Assembly (NCBI GenBank): GCA_001179505.1
Contig: CDMY01000395.1
Location: forward strand, 186,001-250,000
Length of the DNA: 64,000 bases
DNA from: Vitrella brassicaformis CCMP3155
Lineage: Eukaryota > Protista > Chromerida
Direction of reading: 5' to 3'
The position numbers were made by a program, and so were the translations under genes. Positions within the stretch are counted from its first letter, which is position 1; every line of letters begins with the position of its first letter. The notes below the pieces were generated by a model, which ran no database searches, was not told the origin of the DNA, and saw only the letters and a list, made by a program, of their open reading frames with translations. Positions 24,101-35,419 of the stretch are shown here, in pieces.

Positions 24101-27100
24101 CCGTCACTGCAACAGGACCGCGAAGAGTACGAGACGTGCGTGCGGGGTGGCTGCCTTTCGATTTGAGGGCGGCAAGGAGGTGAGAATGGAGACCATTGAT
24201 GAGTTGATGACTTGCGTCTCGCATAACTCTGCCTGTCTGTCTTCGCAGGCGTACAAGTACACCTGCAATGACAGCTACAAGCAGCTCAAGTTCGTCAAGG
24301 ACAGAAAAACACAAGACGGCTACTACCAGAAAGAGGGCCTTCCGTTCTGCGCAGGTGCGCGATGACAAGGAGTGTCTCCAGTCACCATCACTGCCGGCTT
24401 GTATCTCATCTTGTGGCCTGCGTGTTGGTCAGCGGACTGCGAGGCTCTCGGCAAGGACATGTGCGGTGGCAAGGAAGGCCGAAAGGGCACGTGCATTAAG
24501 GGAGACATCTCTACTGACGCAGACGCCATCGGGGAGTCCCCCAGCCAGTCATACTAGTGTGAGTGCGCCACTGAGTATGCACTGCCGACGCCCGAGACCC
24601 ACCCAATCACGCAGACCCCCTTCTGTAGAGGCGCTGAAAGTGAGCAATGGCTCCTTTGTCGGCCACATTTCAATTTCTGCGTTGTTCAGAATCATGTACA
24701 AAACCACAACAAAGGGCTTGCTATGGACCGAACTTGGAAACAGAATACGAGCGCGGCAAACGAGGGCAATGTCTCCTTGATGAGTGGGATAAAAGTCACA
24801 TGTGCAGATGCAACACTAACGATTATGGCTTCAAACCGACAAAGCAGGAGGATAAATGCATCGGTGAGTGGATGCATAACTTTCATCAATGGCTTTCAGG
24901 ATAGGTCGGGCTTCGCTTTTAGGTGACTGTGAGAATCTTGGAGTGTATCTGTGTGCCGGCATTCTCAAATTCGACAGCATACGGGATTGGAACAAGAAGA
25001 TGAAAAAGGACCTGCCGCTAAACGAAAACAATCGAATAGGTCAGGACTTCCCTTTATATGGTATGTGCCATCCTCTTTTGCTTGTTCAGGTATTTGTAAA
25101 TCGCATGCGGACAGAGACAAGGATTAAAAGTGCGAGTGCAAGGATAGAAAGGAGGATATCAAGCGATACGGTCTTGTAGTCTGGTCGAGGCATGAAAAGA
25201 CCCAGACCGACCAGTGTGAATGTGCTGAAGGCTTTGTGATTGATCAAGTGGATTCGACGGAGCCATCCTATAAATGCTTCAGTAAGCGAGGAGACTGATT
25301 ACGGATTCCATAGTGTGCCATGGCTTCTCCTTCCTGCTACAGTTGGATGTTGGAAGTACCGTGAGCTTTGTGAAGGGCCAGAGGGATCGAACCTTGGTGA
25401 GCTCGGTCAAGTGTCAAAGTAAGGCAATGTGCATTCGTGTCTCTGCGTGTCTTTCCGTGAAGGCGACTGCAAGAGGGCTTCCCACTCTGATTATCTCTGC
25501 GACTGTGACAATGGGAAAGCAGTAGAGGTGAAGGTAGACGGCACAGAGACGAAGTTTCGTGAGCTCGCAGGCCTCAAGGTCTCGACATGCAAAGGTGAGT
25601 CAACTTTTATTTGTTCTTACCATAGCGGTCATTTACAACACTGCTGACGGATGCATACTGATAAAATCGTTAACGAACTTAGCCAGCTTATGTTTGGATG
25701 ACGAAATGTCTTTTGTATGACAGCGTTGTGCATTGAGGAATATCAGAGACATTGCGAGGGTCCCTTCAGCACAAGAACGGAGGAGCCCATCAAATGGGGA
25801 GAGTGCTACGACATGGATATCGAGAAAGACGTAAGCGCAGTAATCTATCACGAAACGTCAGTACAGACACAGCGCATTCCATCTATCGTTTTGTCCTGTT
25901 TCTTTCGTCCTCGATAGGATTACAAGTGCAAGTGCGGCCAAGAATACGAGAGCAGAAGAAATTCAGAGGGCAAACAAGTGTGTCAAGGTATCCCACCATT
26001 GTCCTCGGGCGGCTAGAAAATGCTTCGTGTCTTTGTAACTGCCAGCGACTTGCAAGAGCTTGGGAAATAGCTTGTGTCGAGTCAATGACGGAGGAAACAC
26101 CCGCAGCGACGACGAGCGCGACGCAAAAGGCCACCTCATCATCGACAAAAAAGAGCACTACACGTGCGCGGAAGGGAATGAAAAAGGGCTGGATCCACAC
26201 CGCCACACTCCGATGTGCACATGTACGTTCTCGCGGCCTTGCTGGCTTCAGTATGCCGTTAATCATGTAGCCTTTCCTGCATTCAGACCGGCCAAAGGAG
26301 CAGAGATGTGAGGAGCGGCGTGACATGCCAATCGAGTACATCAAGAAATGTCGCGGGCCCGTCAAAGAGCCTGAAAGGCCCGAACATGATAAGTTCATTA
26401 GGGGCGAGTGCTTTGTTTTTTCAGACAAGCCGGCCAAAGTGAAACAAGACACAAACACGCGCACACGTGCACAAAGTGGCTAGACACTGTCGGGTGTTCT
26501 TCGTCCATCAGGAATATTTCTGCAAGTCTCGAGAGGGACAGAAACCATCGGAAAAGCCCTATAAGGAGTGCTTGAGTAAGAGAGCAAGGCTGACAATCCC
26601 ATTTCGACTACTAGTGCAATTCCCTCGTCTATATGCAGCAAACTGTAAAGTGCTGGGGGATGACCTTTGTGGCGTTAATCCTTCCGAGTCAAAGAGCGTG
26701 TGTCTCAATAAAGGAAAGGATGGCTACCAGTGCAGGTGTGACTGTAGACTGCCTTTCGGGCCTCGCATACACTCAATCGCACAAAGAGAGTACTGCGGAG
26801 GTACAGCTGATAGATACCCCGAGCACAGACACGGATTGACAAATTCTCTTTCTGTGAATCAGCCGATTGCCTGGTTGAGATCAAGAAGCACAAGAAGGGC
26901 GACGATACTTGGAACAAACTGAAAGAGGGCATAGACTTGTGTGTCGGCCCTTCGGCCGATCTGGAGAAGTCTGAAGCGACATGGAACAAGGATGGCTTCA
27001 GAGGCTCATGTCTCGTCGTCCCCAGCGGAGGCTACGATTGTGCTTGCGATGGAAAGCTGGGATATCAAGCCACCGTCTTTGACGGGAAGCCTATGTGTCG

Positions 27101-28967
27101 AGGTAAATACTGACAACGGGCAAATATGTTCCTAGCTCAACACACTATCTCTCTGTCTGCGTGCCTCCAGGGGGCTGCAAGGTTTATGACGAGCGCAAGG
27201 GTTGTGGCGAGCGCCCGGGTCATGGCGAGCATCTGTGTATGGGTCATGGTGCTGTGACAGAAGCTTCAGATGAGGACAGTCAATTTAACGCGATTCGCCA
27301 CATAGGCAGATGCATAGACTTCCCTGAGGACCTCCAGATGCCATTCCTAGACTACAAAGCTTCAGACGGTGCTTAGAAGGAAAGAATGAGGAGAAACTGA
27401 AGCTGCTCACCAATTGGCCTCGTTTCCTTACAGGGTATTATTGCGAGTGCTATGGCGATCAAACTGTTGCTGAATCTCGTCAGGGGGCGGCCTCGACGAC
27501 TCAAACAACTACAAGTGAGGAAATATGATACTTTTCTGCTGAAGTCACTGCCATCCCCTACCATCCTACGCCACTGACAGCAACAACTACGACAACCAAG
27601 GGCGGCGACAAAACAACAACAACCACGAAAAGTAGGCGACTGTAAGATCTATGCTTCATCTGTTTGCCTTGCATCTCTTTGTCCGTAGCCGTCCAGCAGA
27701 AGATCTACAGAAAATCAGGGAAGCTGCTTGAGTCAATGCGCGATCAGCAAGAGGGTAACAGAGCGTTTGACTTGAATCTTTCTGCATTTGTTCTTGTTTT
27801 GCTGTCAGCGACCAGGGCTAGGCAAGCAGAAGGCCTGGGCCCTTCAAGTAGGCCGAACTTCTCCGCACACGAGCCGCTCATTTATCTCCTTAATTGAATG
27901 TGCAGAACGGGGCAGGTTCAACACAGGAAGCTGTCGAGCTCGGAAACTCCAGTATGACTGTTGAAGACCTTGGAGTCAGTAGAGATATCTACGCGAGAAA
28001 GGACGGCAAGCTTTTGGACTTTGCTCGCTCGCATCGTTTGCGTCTCGGAGAGAAGGAAATCAACTATGGGCCTCCGTATGATACCCATAATACCGACGCT
28101 CTGAAGTCGCTCAACGACGGATGGAAGCGGCAAGGCCTTGAGAGCAAAGTCCAGCCTCTGCTGAGAAATGTACTCACTGGAGGCCCCGAGTAAGTTTGCA
28201 AGGGTGATCATCAGTCATGGCATTTTGTCTGACCATTTGCTTGCAGGTGTCGACGCATACCAGAATGTGCGGATCATATTGATATGGGGCAGGATTGCTA
28301 TTGCAGCGCCTCACTAGGCTGCACCACGGCGAACGCCTGCATCAAAGAAATCAACAACAAGCGAGACTTGAATGTCTTCAGTGTGCGCACCAACTCGAGG
28401 AGGGATGAAGACGAGGACTGCTCGATGTGGGGCGACCCATCTCTCGACAGGGAGCAGTGGCGGCGGGGCCAAAAGGGAGAATGCCTCTGGTACTGGCAGT
28501 ATAAAGTGCTGAGGCCATACGGCCCTTGTTCTGACCTCAAGGGACATCACTCGCAGGTGGCGGGTTTAAAGTATCAAAGTAAAAGGAGCAACCGATGCTG
28601 GTGCATTACCGAGAATAGCTGTACGACCGTGGCATATTGCCTTCTGAACGCCAAACCTATGGGGCCAATCCACTACGGCGATCCGGGAATGCCTGTCTCG
28701 AAGACCAAGTACACGAAGGGCTCTCTGAAGGGCTATTCGCCTACCATCCGGACAAAAGACGCAAGTCTGAAGGGCAAACATATACGGCAGCGGAAAGGAA
28801 CCGTGTATGAGTATAAGCTGGAGAATAAATGCGGCGCCTGGGACGATTACAAGAAGAAGTTTAGCACTCCGAAGAAGGATATCAAGTGTGTGAGCAAGCC
28901 GAAGGAGGGGTGCGAGAAAGGGGTCGGCTGTGGCCCCACCAAGGGCAGATGTGAAAAAGAACATTGA
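12188..28967 (+). CDS. Giant secreted Cys-rich protein 1: about 40 EGF-like 6-Cys modules, a Thr-rich linker and a C-terminal Cys domain (dozens of exons; contains at least one in-frame stop)
   Basis: From about 14370 to 27500 a module recurs: C-x6/7-C-[GA]-G...G-x-C...Y-x-C-x-C...P-x-C (e.g. DCEALGKDMCGGKEGRKGTCIKG...SYDCKCDTEY...TPFCRG). Modules are separated by short GT-AG introns. TATTTTTKGGDKTTTTT lies near 27580, and the terminal ORF is 28284-28967. The signal-like exon MWLLLLLLLLLGSQ starts at 12188, but linkage of 12188-14300 to the modules is inferred, not proven. Confidence 0.7.
20270..24640. repeat. Intragenic tandem duplication, period about 2.09 kb (two copies plus a partial third), introns included
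   Basis: gcggactgcgaggctctcggcaaggacatgtgcggtggcaaggaaggcc occurs at 20367, 22460 and 24432. Intron sequences are nearly identical between copies. Gap 23562-23861 lies inside copy 2. Confidence 0.95.
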
Positions 28968-29399
28968 CGAGCTTAGGCGAGCATTCACATCGTTCGGTGT
29001 TCGCGTGTCTCTTCTCTTGTCCGATTCTATCCCGGTCGCTTTTTTCTTTCAGTGTTGCGCATTTGATGTCACTCGTGTGCTGAGACACATTCGTGTGATG
29101 GCGCGGCGTTTGTTAACGATTAATGACAATGACTCGATGGGTGTTGATTTGTGGATACTGCATCAAACATCCTCCTAAGCCTTCACAAAGACCGTCCACA
29201 TATATGCACTCATCCTTAGCACAGATCGAGACAGGCCTACGGGTCCTTCCTGTCACCCTGCAGCGTCCTCTTTGTTCATTCCCCTCTTATCCTCTCTCTC
29301 TTTCCCTCTGGCCATTTCCTCATTGAACGAATCATGTAGAGCATGCGTCAGCACCACTGTATGCCACGTCCTTTGTGACACATCTGGCGCTTTCCCTTG

Positions 29400-32000
29400 G
29401 AAGTGAAAAGACTCCACGCTTCTGCAGCATGCAAAGAGAACATGCAGAGGTTTAGCAACACACTGGTTCACCACTGCCCGCTCACTTCGGGCTGCCGTCA
29501 GCCTCAGGAATGCTTCGTGTCTTTTCTGCTGCGCCATGACATGACGTAGCAGAAAGCGGACGGCCTGTGAGAGGGGTCTGGTTGGTGTTCTCCTGAGTCT
29601 GCGGCTGTGGTACCCTAGAGCGGCGAGTGCCGGACAGCGGGAAAGGCTGAGGTTGAGTCGGCAGTCGATAGTAGCGGCTCGCTGAAATGGTCCCAGCGGG
29701 GCTGACCCAGGGACATGAGCCGGACCAGAACCTGTCGTGCGCTTTGAGTTGGGTCACACACACACACACACACACACACACAAGAGAATGTAAGGCAATT
29801 GGTGTGTCTCTCTGCGTGTTGTGTACATTTGTTCGACCACAGCCTTTTCTGCAGCTCCGATTGGTTTGCCCTGTGAGTATTGAAACGACCGATCCAAGCA
29901 GCAAATGACTGCGACAAAGGGGAACGTATCAGAATACAATGGCAAGGTCCGCTATACAATGCCGCACCTCATCCTTTCTGTTCTTGCATCTGGCAATCTG
30001 CGCCTTCGAGAGCCTTTTCGCTGCTTTCTCAGCTTCGCTGTCGATCATGACAGCTGCTGGCGGCCCCTCGCTGAGCGTCACTCGCTTCTTGGCGGCGAAC
30101 TCTTCTCTTCTCTCCCTTTTAGCTTCCTCGGCCTCGAACCGATAGTCGTGTATAAAGTTGGCGTAGGACGGCGATCTTCGCAGTAGTGCATCCTCGTCGC
30201 TGATGTAGTCTCCGTCTGGTGTCGCTGCAGGACCTGGCCGGGCAGATGGCGGCCGACCTCTCTTGAGCATGGGATACATTAATGTGTACCGACTGTTGAG
30301 CCTGTATGCTGGCAGATCCACAAACGATTTGCCAGCCGCGCCCCTTGACTGGCTCAGAGTACTATGGTCGCCCCAAGCCGGGTGCTGCGGGGTTGTACTG
30401 ACCTTGTCCGGCGACATGCTGATAGACGTCTGTGTCGTGCCATCACATGTTCGGATGCCCAGCAGATAGGGCTGCAATGCGTGGTGCACGTGAAGCTTGG
30501 AAGTCACCTCGTGGCTGTAGTGCACCGGCGCCTGAGGGCTCCGGCGCGATGAGCACAAGATGATCGGCGACGTCTTCCCCGAGGGGACGGGCGTGTGGAC
30601 ATGACCGCATGTGGGCGCCTTCTTTGCCGTCTTGTCGTCTGCAGCCGACACCAATGCGGCACGCGAGTGGCTCTTGGCAGATGATTTCTTGCGGGACGCC
30701 CTGCGATGTTCTTGTGCCTCGAGTCGGACAGGCGCTTTGGCTTTTACAACTGGGGGATACAGGCACTTGGGGGGTGGCCTTGCCGGCTTCTTCTTCGCAT
30801 CACGTCTCGCTCTTGCCCTTTCTCTGTCGTCAAGCTTCTCATCATCTGGCTTCTGAGATGCCTGGTGGGGAGCGCACTCGCATATATATACATCCCCTGA
30901 GACAGAGAAAACAGCAGCCACCTCAGAAAGGCAGCCTGGCGTGCAAGTGCTGTGCGAACCTTCCATTCGGCTGCGTGTTGACAGGGCTGACGGGGATGGG
31001 GAAGACGACTGATACAACATTGTACTGTGAGTCAAGCCGAGCTCAGTCAAGTGCGCGTTCATCAAACTCCAAGGGAAGTTCGTGAACTTGAGCTGGCAAG
31101 CCACATGGGGGCGATAACGAAGGAAGGGGCTCAAGAGCTGCAGTGGAGGGCTGTCGCTCTGATATGCGAGGGTTGCCTGGGCGAGTGCGGCAAGGCCTCT
31201 CTCGCTGCCGACCTTGCGCAACCGGCCGGGCGGGACGGTGCTTTCTGCCGGGGGCCGAACAAGGACAGGAGGGGCCCGCTCAGCAGCCTCGTGCACTTCA
31301 GCACTTGCCGCAGAAGAGACGGCCTGGGGGATGATCACAGGCGGCTTGACGGAGGTACTGGACTGACGGAGCGCATCGCTCAAAGCCTGGCATGTATCTG
31401 CGGGGAGAGATACCTGCATCAGCAGAGTGCCCCATCGTACACAAGATGAGTGATGTGTGTCTCGAATGTTCCCGAGCAGCGTACCTTGCGCGGAGGGAAC
31501 CGTCGCCTCTTTTCCTTGCTTGTGAGCCTCAGAACTTCCTTGCGATACTCCTCCGGCATGGACGACACGAGGGCCTTCAGTTCTTGCCGGTTTCTCTCTG
31601 CCCTGCGACACACATGCAAGACACGCACAAATCACCACGTGACAGATGACATTCTCATGGCGTACTCGTCTTCCAGCTGCTTCCAGAGAGCCACCTTCTC
31701 GCCCAACCACCGAGAGGCAGCGATGGCTCCCTCAGGATGCTTATCAGATTCTCTCTTCGGCATGCACTTCTTCGATTTGCCTTTGCGGTGCTGTCCCTCC
31801 CCATCAGTCTGAGATTTGCTGCTCTTCACAACAGCTGGAGAGCTGGCTTTCGACCGGGAATTCTGGTGCATGAGGAACACAGGAATTCTGGCAGCCCCTT
31901 CCTTGAAGTGGAGCTCGCCCCCCAGCTGGCCCCCAGTCTTTTCCCCCTGCAACTTCATGAAAGAGCTGGCAGACAAGCTGGCCCGCCTGTTTGCTCTTGG
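29400..32000 (-). CDS. Hypothetical low-complexity, basic protein (multi-exon)
   Basis: Long open frame 29929-31710(-), plus upstream exon-like frames at 31419-31976 with GT/AG boundaries. No domain recognised; ends uncertain. Confidence 0.45.
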
Positions 32001-32746
32001 GTCTTGCCTTCTGGCAGTGCTCTCCCGGAGCCTCTCCGTCCTTCGTTGAAGCCTTTCGGGATCAGCAGCCGCAGAGATTACATGGACGTCTATTCACTGC
32101 AAGGCTCTCACTGCACTCACTCGCCAGCCTCGGCACACGCAGCAGTGCAGGATGGCAACGAGACCGCAGATCTGGGAGCGAAATAGCCCTATTCCGTCGT
32201 CAGCAGCACCATTGGCCAACATCGTTTCTCAATATGGAGTTGAAGCGCAGCCACTCACAGCAGCCCATCCACCGCTCCAATGTCAGCTTATCCGTCCATC
32301 GACCCCCTACCGCCGTCAGCCCCGCATCAGCATCGCGGGATGCCATCCGGCCCATGCAGTCACTGAGCTTTCCAGAGCAGTACAGAATCGCTCACGTCGT
32401 TGTGTACGGGCTTGGCCGCCCGGACAGACGCAACATGAAGGTGCCCAAACTCTCTTACCGCAACTTGCTCGACGCACAGGCCCATGCTCGCCAAGGAGCT
32501 ATTCTCCCAGATTCCCTGAGGGCTAAGGAGGCATACTTGTGGATATTGTTTCAAGAAGTGGCCTCTGCGCGTATGGGCGTGCCGCGAGACAAATTGTGGA
32601 AGCGGCAACTTTTTCGTGGGAACGACAAAGTGCGCAATAGTGCGACTGCATCTGGTGATGAGATGGTGATTGAATTCGAAATCAAGGGCAGGGATGCCGA
32701 TGCCGATGCCGATCTACTACGGCTCTATCGTGTAAGAAGCGCCTAA
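31991..32746 (+). CDS. Orphan ORF, unknown function
   Basis: 251-codon open frame whose second half (YRIAHVVVYGLGRPDRRNMKVPKLSY...MVIEFEIKGRD) looks globular. No family recognised. Confidence 0.3.
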   Translation: MLLGLAFWQCSPGASPSFVEAFRDQQPQRLHGRLFTARLSLHSLASLGTRSSAGWQRDRRSGSEIALFRRQQHHWPTSFLNMELKRSHSQQPIHRSNVSLSVHRPPTAVSPASASRDAIRPMQSLSFPEQYRIAHVVVYGLGRPDRRNMKVPKLSYRNLLDAQAHARQGAILPDSLRAKEAYLWILFQEVASARMGVPRDKLWKRQLFRGNDKVRNSATASGDEMVIEFEIKGRDADADADLLRLYRVRSA

Positions 32747-33033
32747 AGAGAGCTGCCTACATCATCGCACCAATCAATTGACGCTGCTGTCCAGTGTATT
32801 GAAGACCCGCAGAGCAGCTTTAATACGGGGCCATGGGGAGAGACGAACAAGCGTGGGGCGAAATTAACGGCACGCACTGAGCTCGTGGTGGATTCATATG
32901 AAGAATCGTTTTCATCGTCTGACATACTCTTTGTTCGCATCATGGGCAGGTAACTACAGCAGAGATCTGTTCACATAATCGAAAACGCACCTTCCCTCCC
33001 CTACACTCCTGCTGTGCCTATGGGTGCAGAGAG

Positions 33034-34246
33034 ATGGCAGAGCCAACATGGCCGGAAGAATTCTACTTCGTTTTGCTTTGTCGCGGCACTCAGCGGCCCG
33101 CCGATTGTTCACAGCGACCAGCCCTTGATTTTGATAAGGGATATGGAGAGAGCGATAGGAAAGCAGGGATATACATGTTTGAGAAGATAGCCAGCATTCG
33201 CATAGAGAGTGAGGGCATGTATTTCTTAATGAATGCGGCGCCTCAGCCGGCTCCGTTCGTGGCTGTTACCGGATTTTTCTACCCTGGTGACGTAACGCTT
33301 ACATCAAGTGGTGCGATACGCAGGCTAGAGATGCCGCTGCTTCTTCATCAAGGTCAGGGAAAAATTGTGTAACGTTCAGTACCGATTTTCCTTCCCGTGT
33401 GTCACTCGCAGGCGAGATTGTCCTTCAGATGGTCACCGAATCCTCGTTGGTCATCCACACAGCGAGGTGCCAAATACGAAACGAAGCTTTGCTAATCGAG
33501 TTTTCTCCATCTTATGTGATTGCAGACGAATCATGGCTACAGGCTCTCAATCGTGCGTGAATCGACGATTTCATGCCCAGATGTGCAAGAAAGGCCGGCA
33601 CAAGGGCGGATACATGGGAGTTTTGATTGGTCATGCGGCGTGCTACCCGCTGTCTCATCCAGGATGGAAAACAGATGGTCAGACAGGAGAAGACCATGAG
33701 AAGACATGTTCTCTTTCATCTCCCTGGGATCTCCAAGTAAGTGTTCGCGACACGTAGTTGTGATGGCTGGGTTGTGTGTTGGTCAATTGGCTTCAGATCA
33801 GGGAGTTGACGGAAGATACGGACTACTATATCAACCTTTGGGACGCCACAAACTCGCCCTCCGGCGTCCTTATTGGTCAGCGATTGGGTGCATGCTCTGG
33901 CACTCATTTACTAGCTCCTACCTTGCAGGACGGACAAGGGAATTTAGAATGAAGCATCTGGCATCAAGGGCCGCTGGCGAGGCCAAGATCACATTAAGTG
34001 TCTTCTCAAAAGAGACACACGGTGAGAGCCCAATCATGCAGATGTACAGACAGTAGACAGACGGCTGTGTCTGCAGGCTACATTGTGATCGAGGCTTGGG
34101 CAAGCACTGATGGAGATGGCGTGATCATCATCCAGAGGAAGGAAGAGGACAAGGAGAGGAATGGAATTGTGATTTACGATGTGAAGAGCCTTGGACAGTC
34201 GACATATGGATGGCACAAATGTGAAGACGTATTTGCACGATTGTAA
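33034..34246 (+). CDS. Orphan multi-exon gene fragment(s), unknown function
   Basis: Protein-like frames at 33034-33372 and about 34070-34246 (YIVIEAWASTDGDGVIIIQRKEEDKERNGIVIYDV) with plausible splice sites. They could belong to the 5' part of the second giant gene. Confidence 0.3.
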
Positions 34247-35419
34247 GCAACGAAGGACACAGAAAAAGATTTGAGTATCATCTTGGCTTAAACGCACAGA
34301 TGCAGCGACAGCATCGAGGATGTTGAAGATGCCGCTCTCTCAACTAGCTGCAACACATTTGACACATGGTGGACGGCGATGGGACATACCGCAATAGACA
34401 CGAAGACAAGCGGCGCCGATCAAAGGCTCTGCAGTCTCGTCGTCCCGTGGAGACACAGAGTATGAATCCATTCGCCGATTCTCAGCTATCTCAGATGAAA
34501 TATGGCTGACTTAAATTTGTCATCAGATAACGCACCTTCATCCGGCTGTTCTCTTTTTTGTTGACATATGGGCGAGACGTGATATCGAAGGGAAGGTGGA
34601 AGACTCATACATGGGTACAGGCATCGTTTGTCTCTCGGTGGCCTTGAGTTGCCCCCTTCGATGCAGGCCACACGGACGCCTTCCACGTTTCGTCTTTGGT
34701 GGAGGAAAGCGCGTTTGTCATCATAAGTGAAGGTAAGATATCACTCAGTATGCCATCCCGCACAGCGTCGCTCATATCAGGGAAGCAAAAAGCTCCAGAG
34801 AAGCCGAAGCAGAAAGATTTGAGCGATTCGTCATACAAGGGGACAATATGGGTACTCAAGTTGTCTGCTGGCGATTACCGGCTGATCATTCAAGATGGAC
34901 GGTACACCCACTCATCGAGACTGTCGACGAGACACCATGCTCTAGAAGTGCTGAGTCTGCTGTGCTTTCAGCAACCTCCCTAGTGACTCGTCCGACGAAG
35001 ATAACCAGAGATTTTTCGCGACCATCTGCGCCGGCGACCATGACGACCATCTGAAGACCATCGAGGAATGCATGGCCAGCCGAGAAGTGCAGGCAGACAA
35101 TCGAGAGCCACCTCTTACAAACGACGATCAAGTAGAATCATCGGCTCTTGGAATAAAGACACTCGACGGTCGATCTGATGTGAACAAAGACCGTCAGACT
35201 GGCATCGCGTGGGGGACGCAACAGGTACGAGACGGAAGTGTTGATTGCATCGACGAAGATGAAGGAGTATCTCTGTGCAGCTGTTGCCCTTGAGCAGTGG
35301 CAAAGGCGAGCACCATTATATCGCCGTGTGGGAAGTATCAGAGACCAACTCTCTCCCTCGTCTTGTGGGTGAGGACGTCAGCTCGAGTAAAAGTCTGTCA
35401 GTCATTTGTCTCTGTGTGT

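Noticed and set aside
14370-27500. Multi-heme cytochrome or zinc-finger array
   Set aside because: No recurring CxxCH or C2H2 spacing. The pattern is six Cys with Y-x-C-x-C, consistent with disulfide-bonded extracellular modules.
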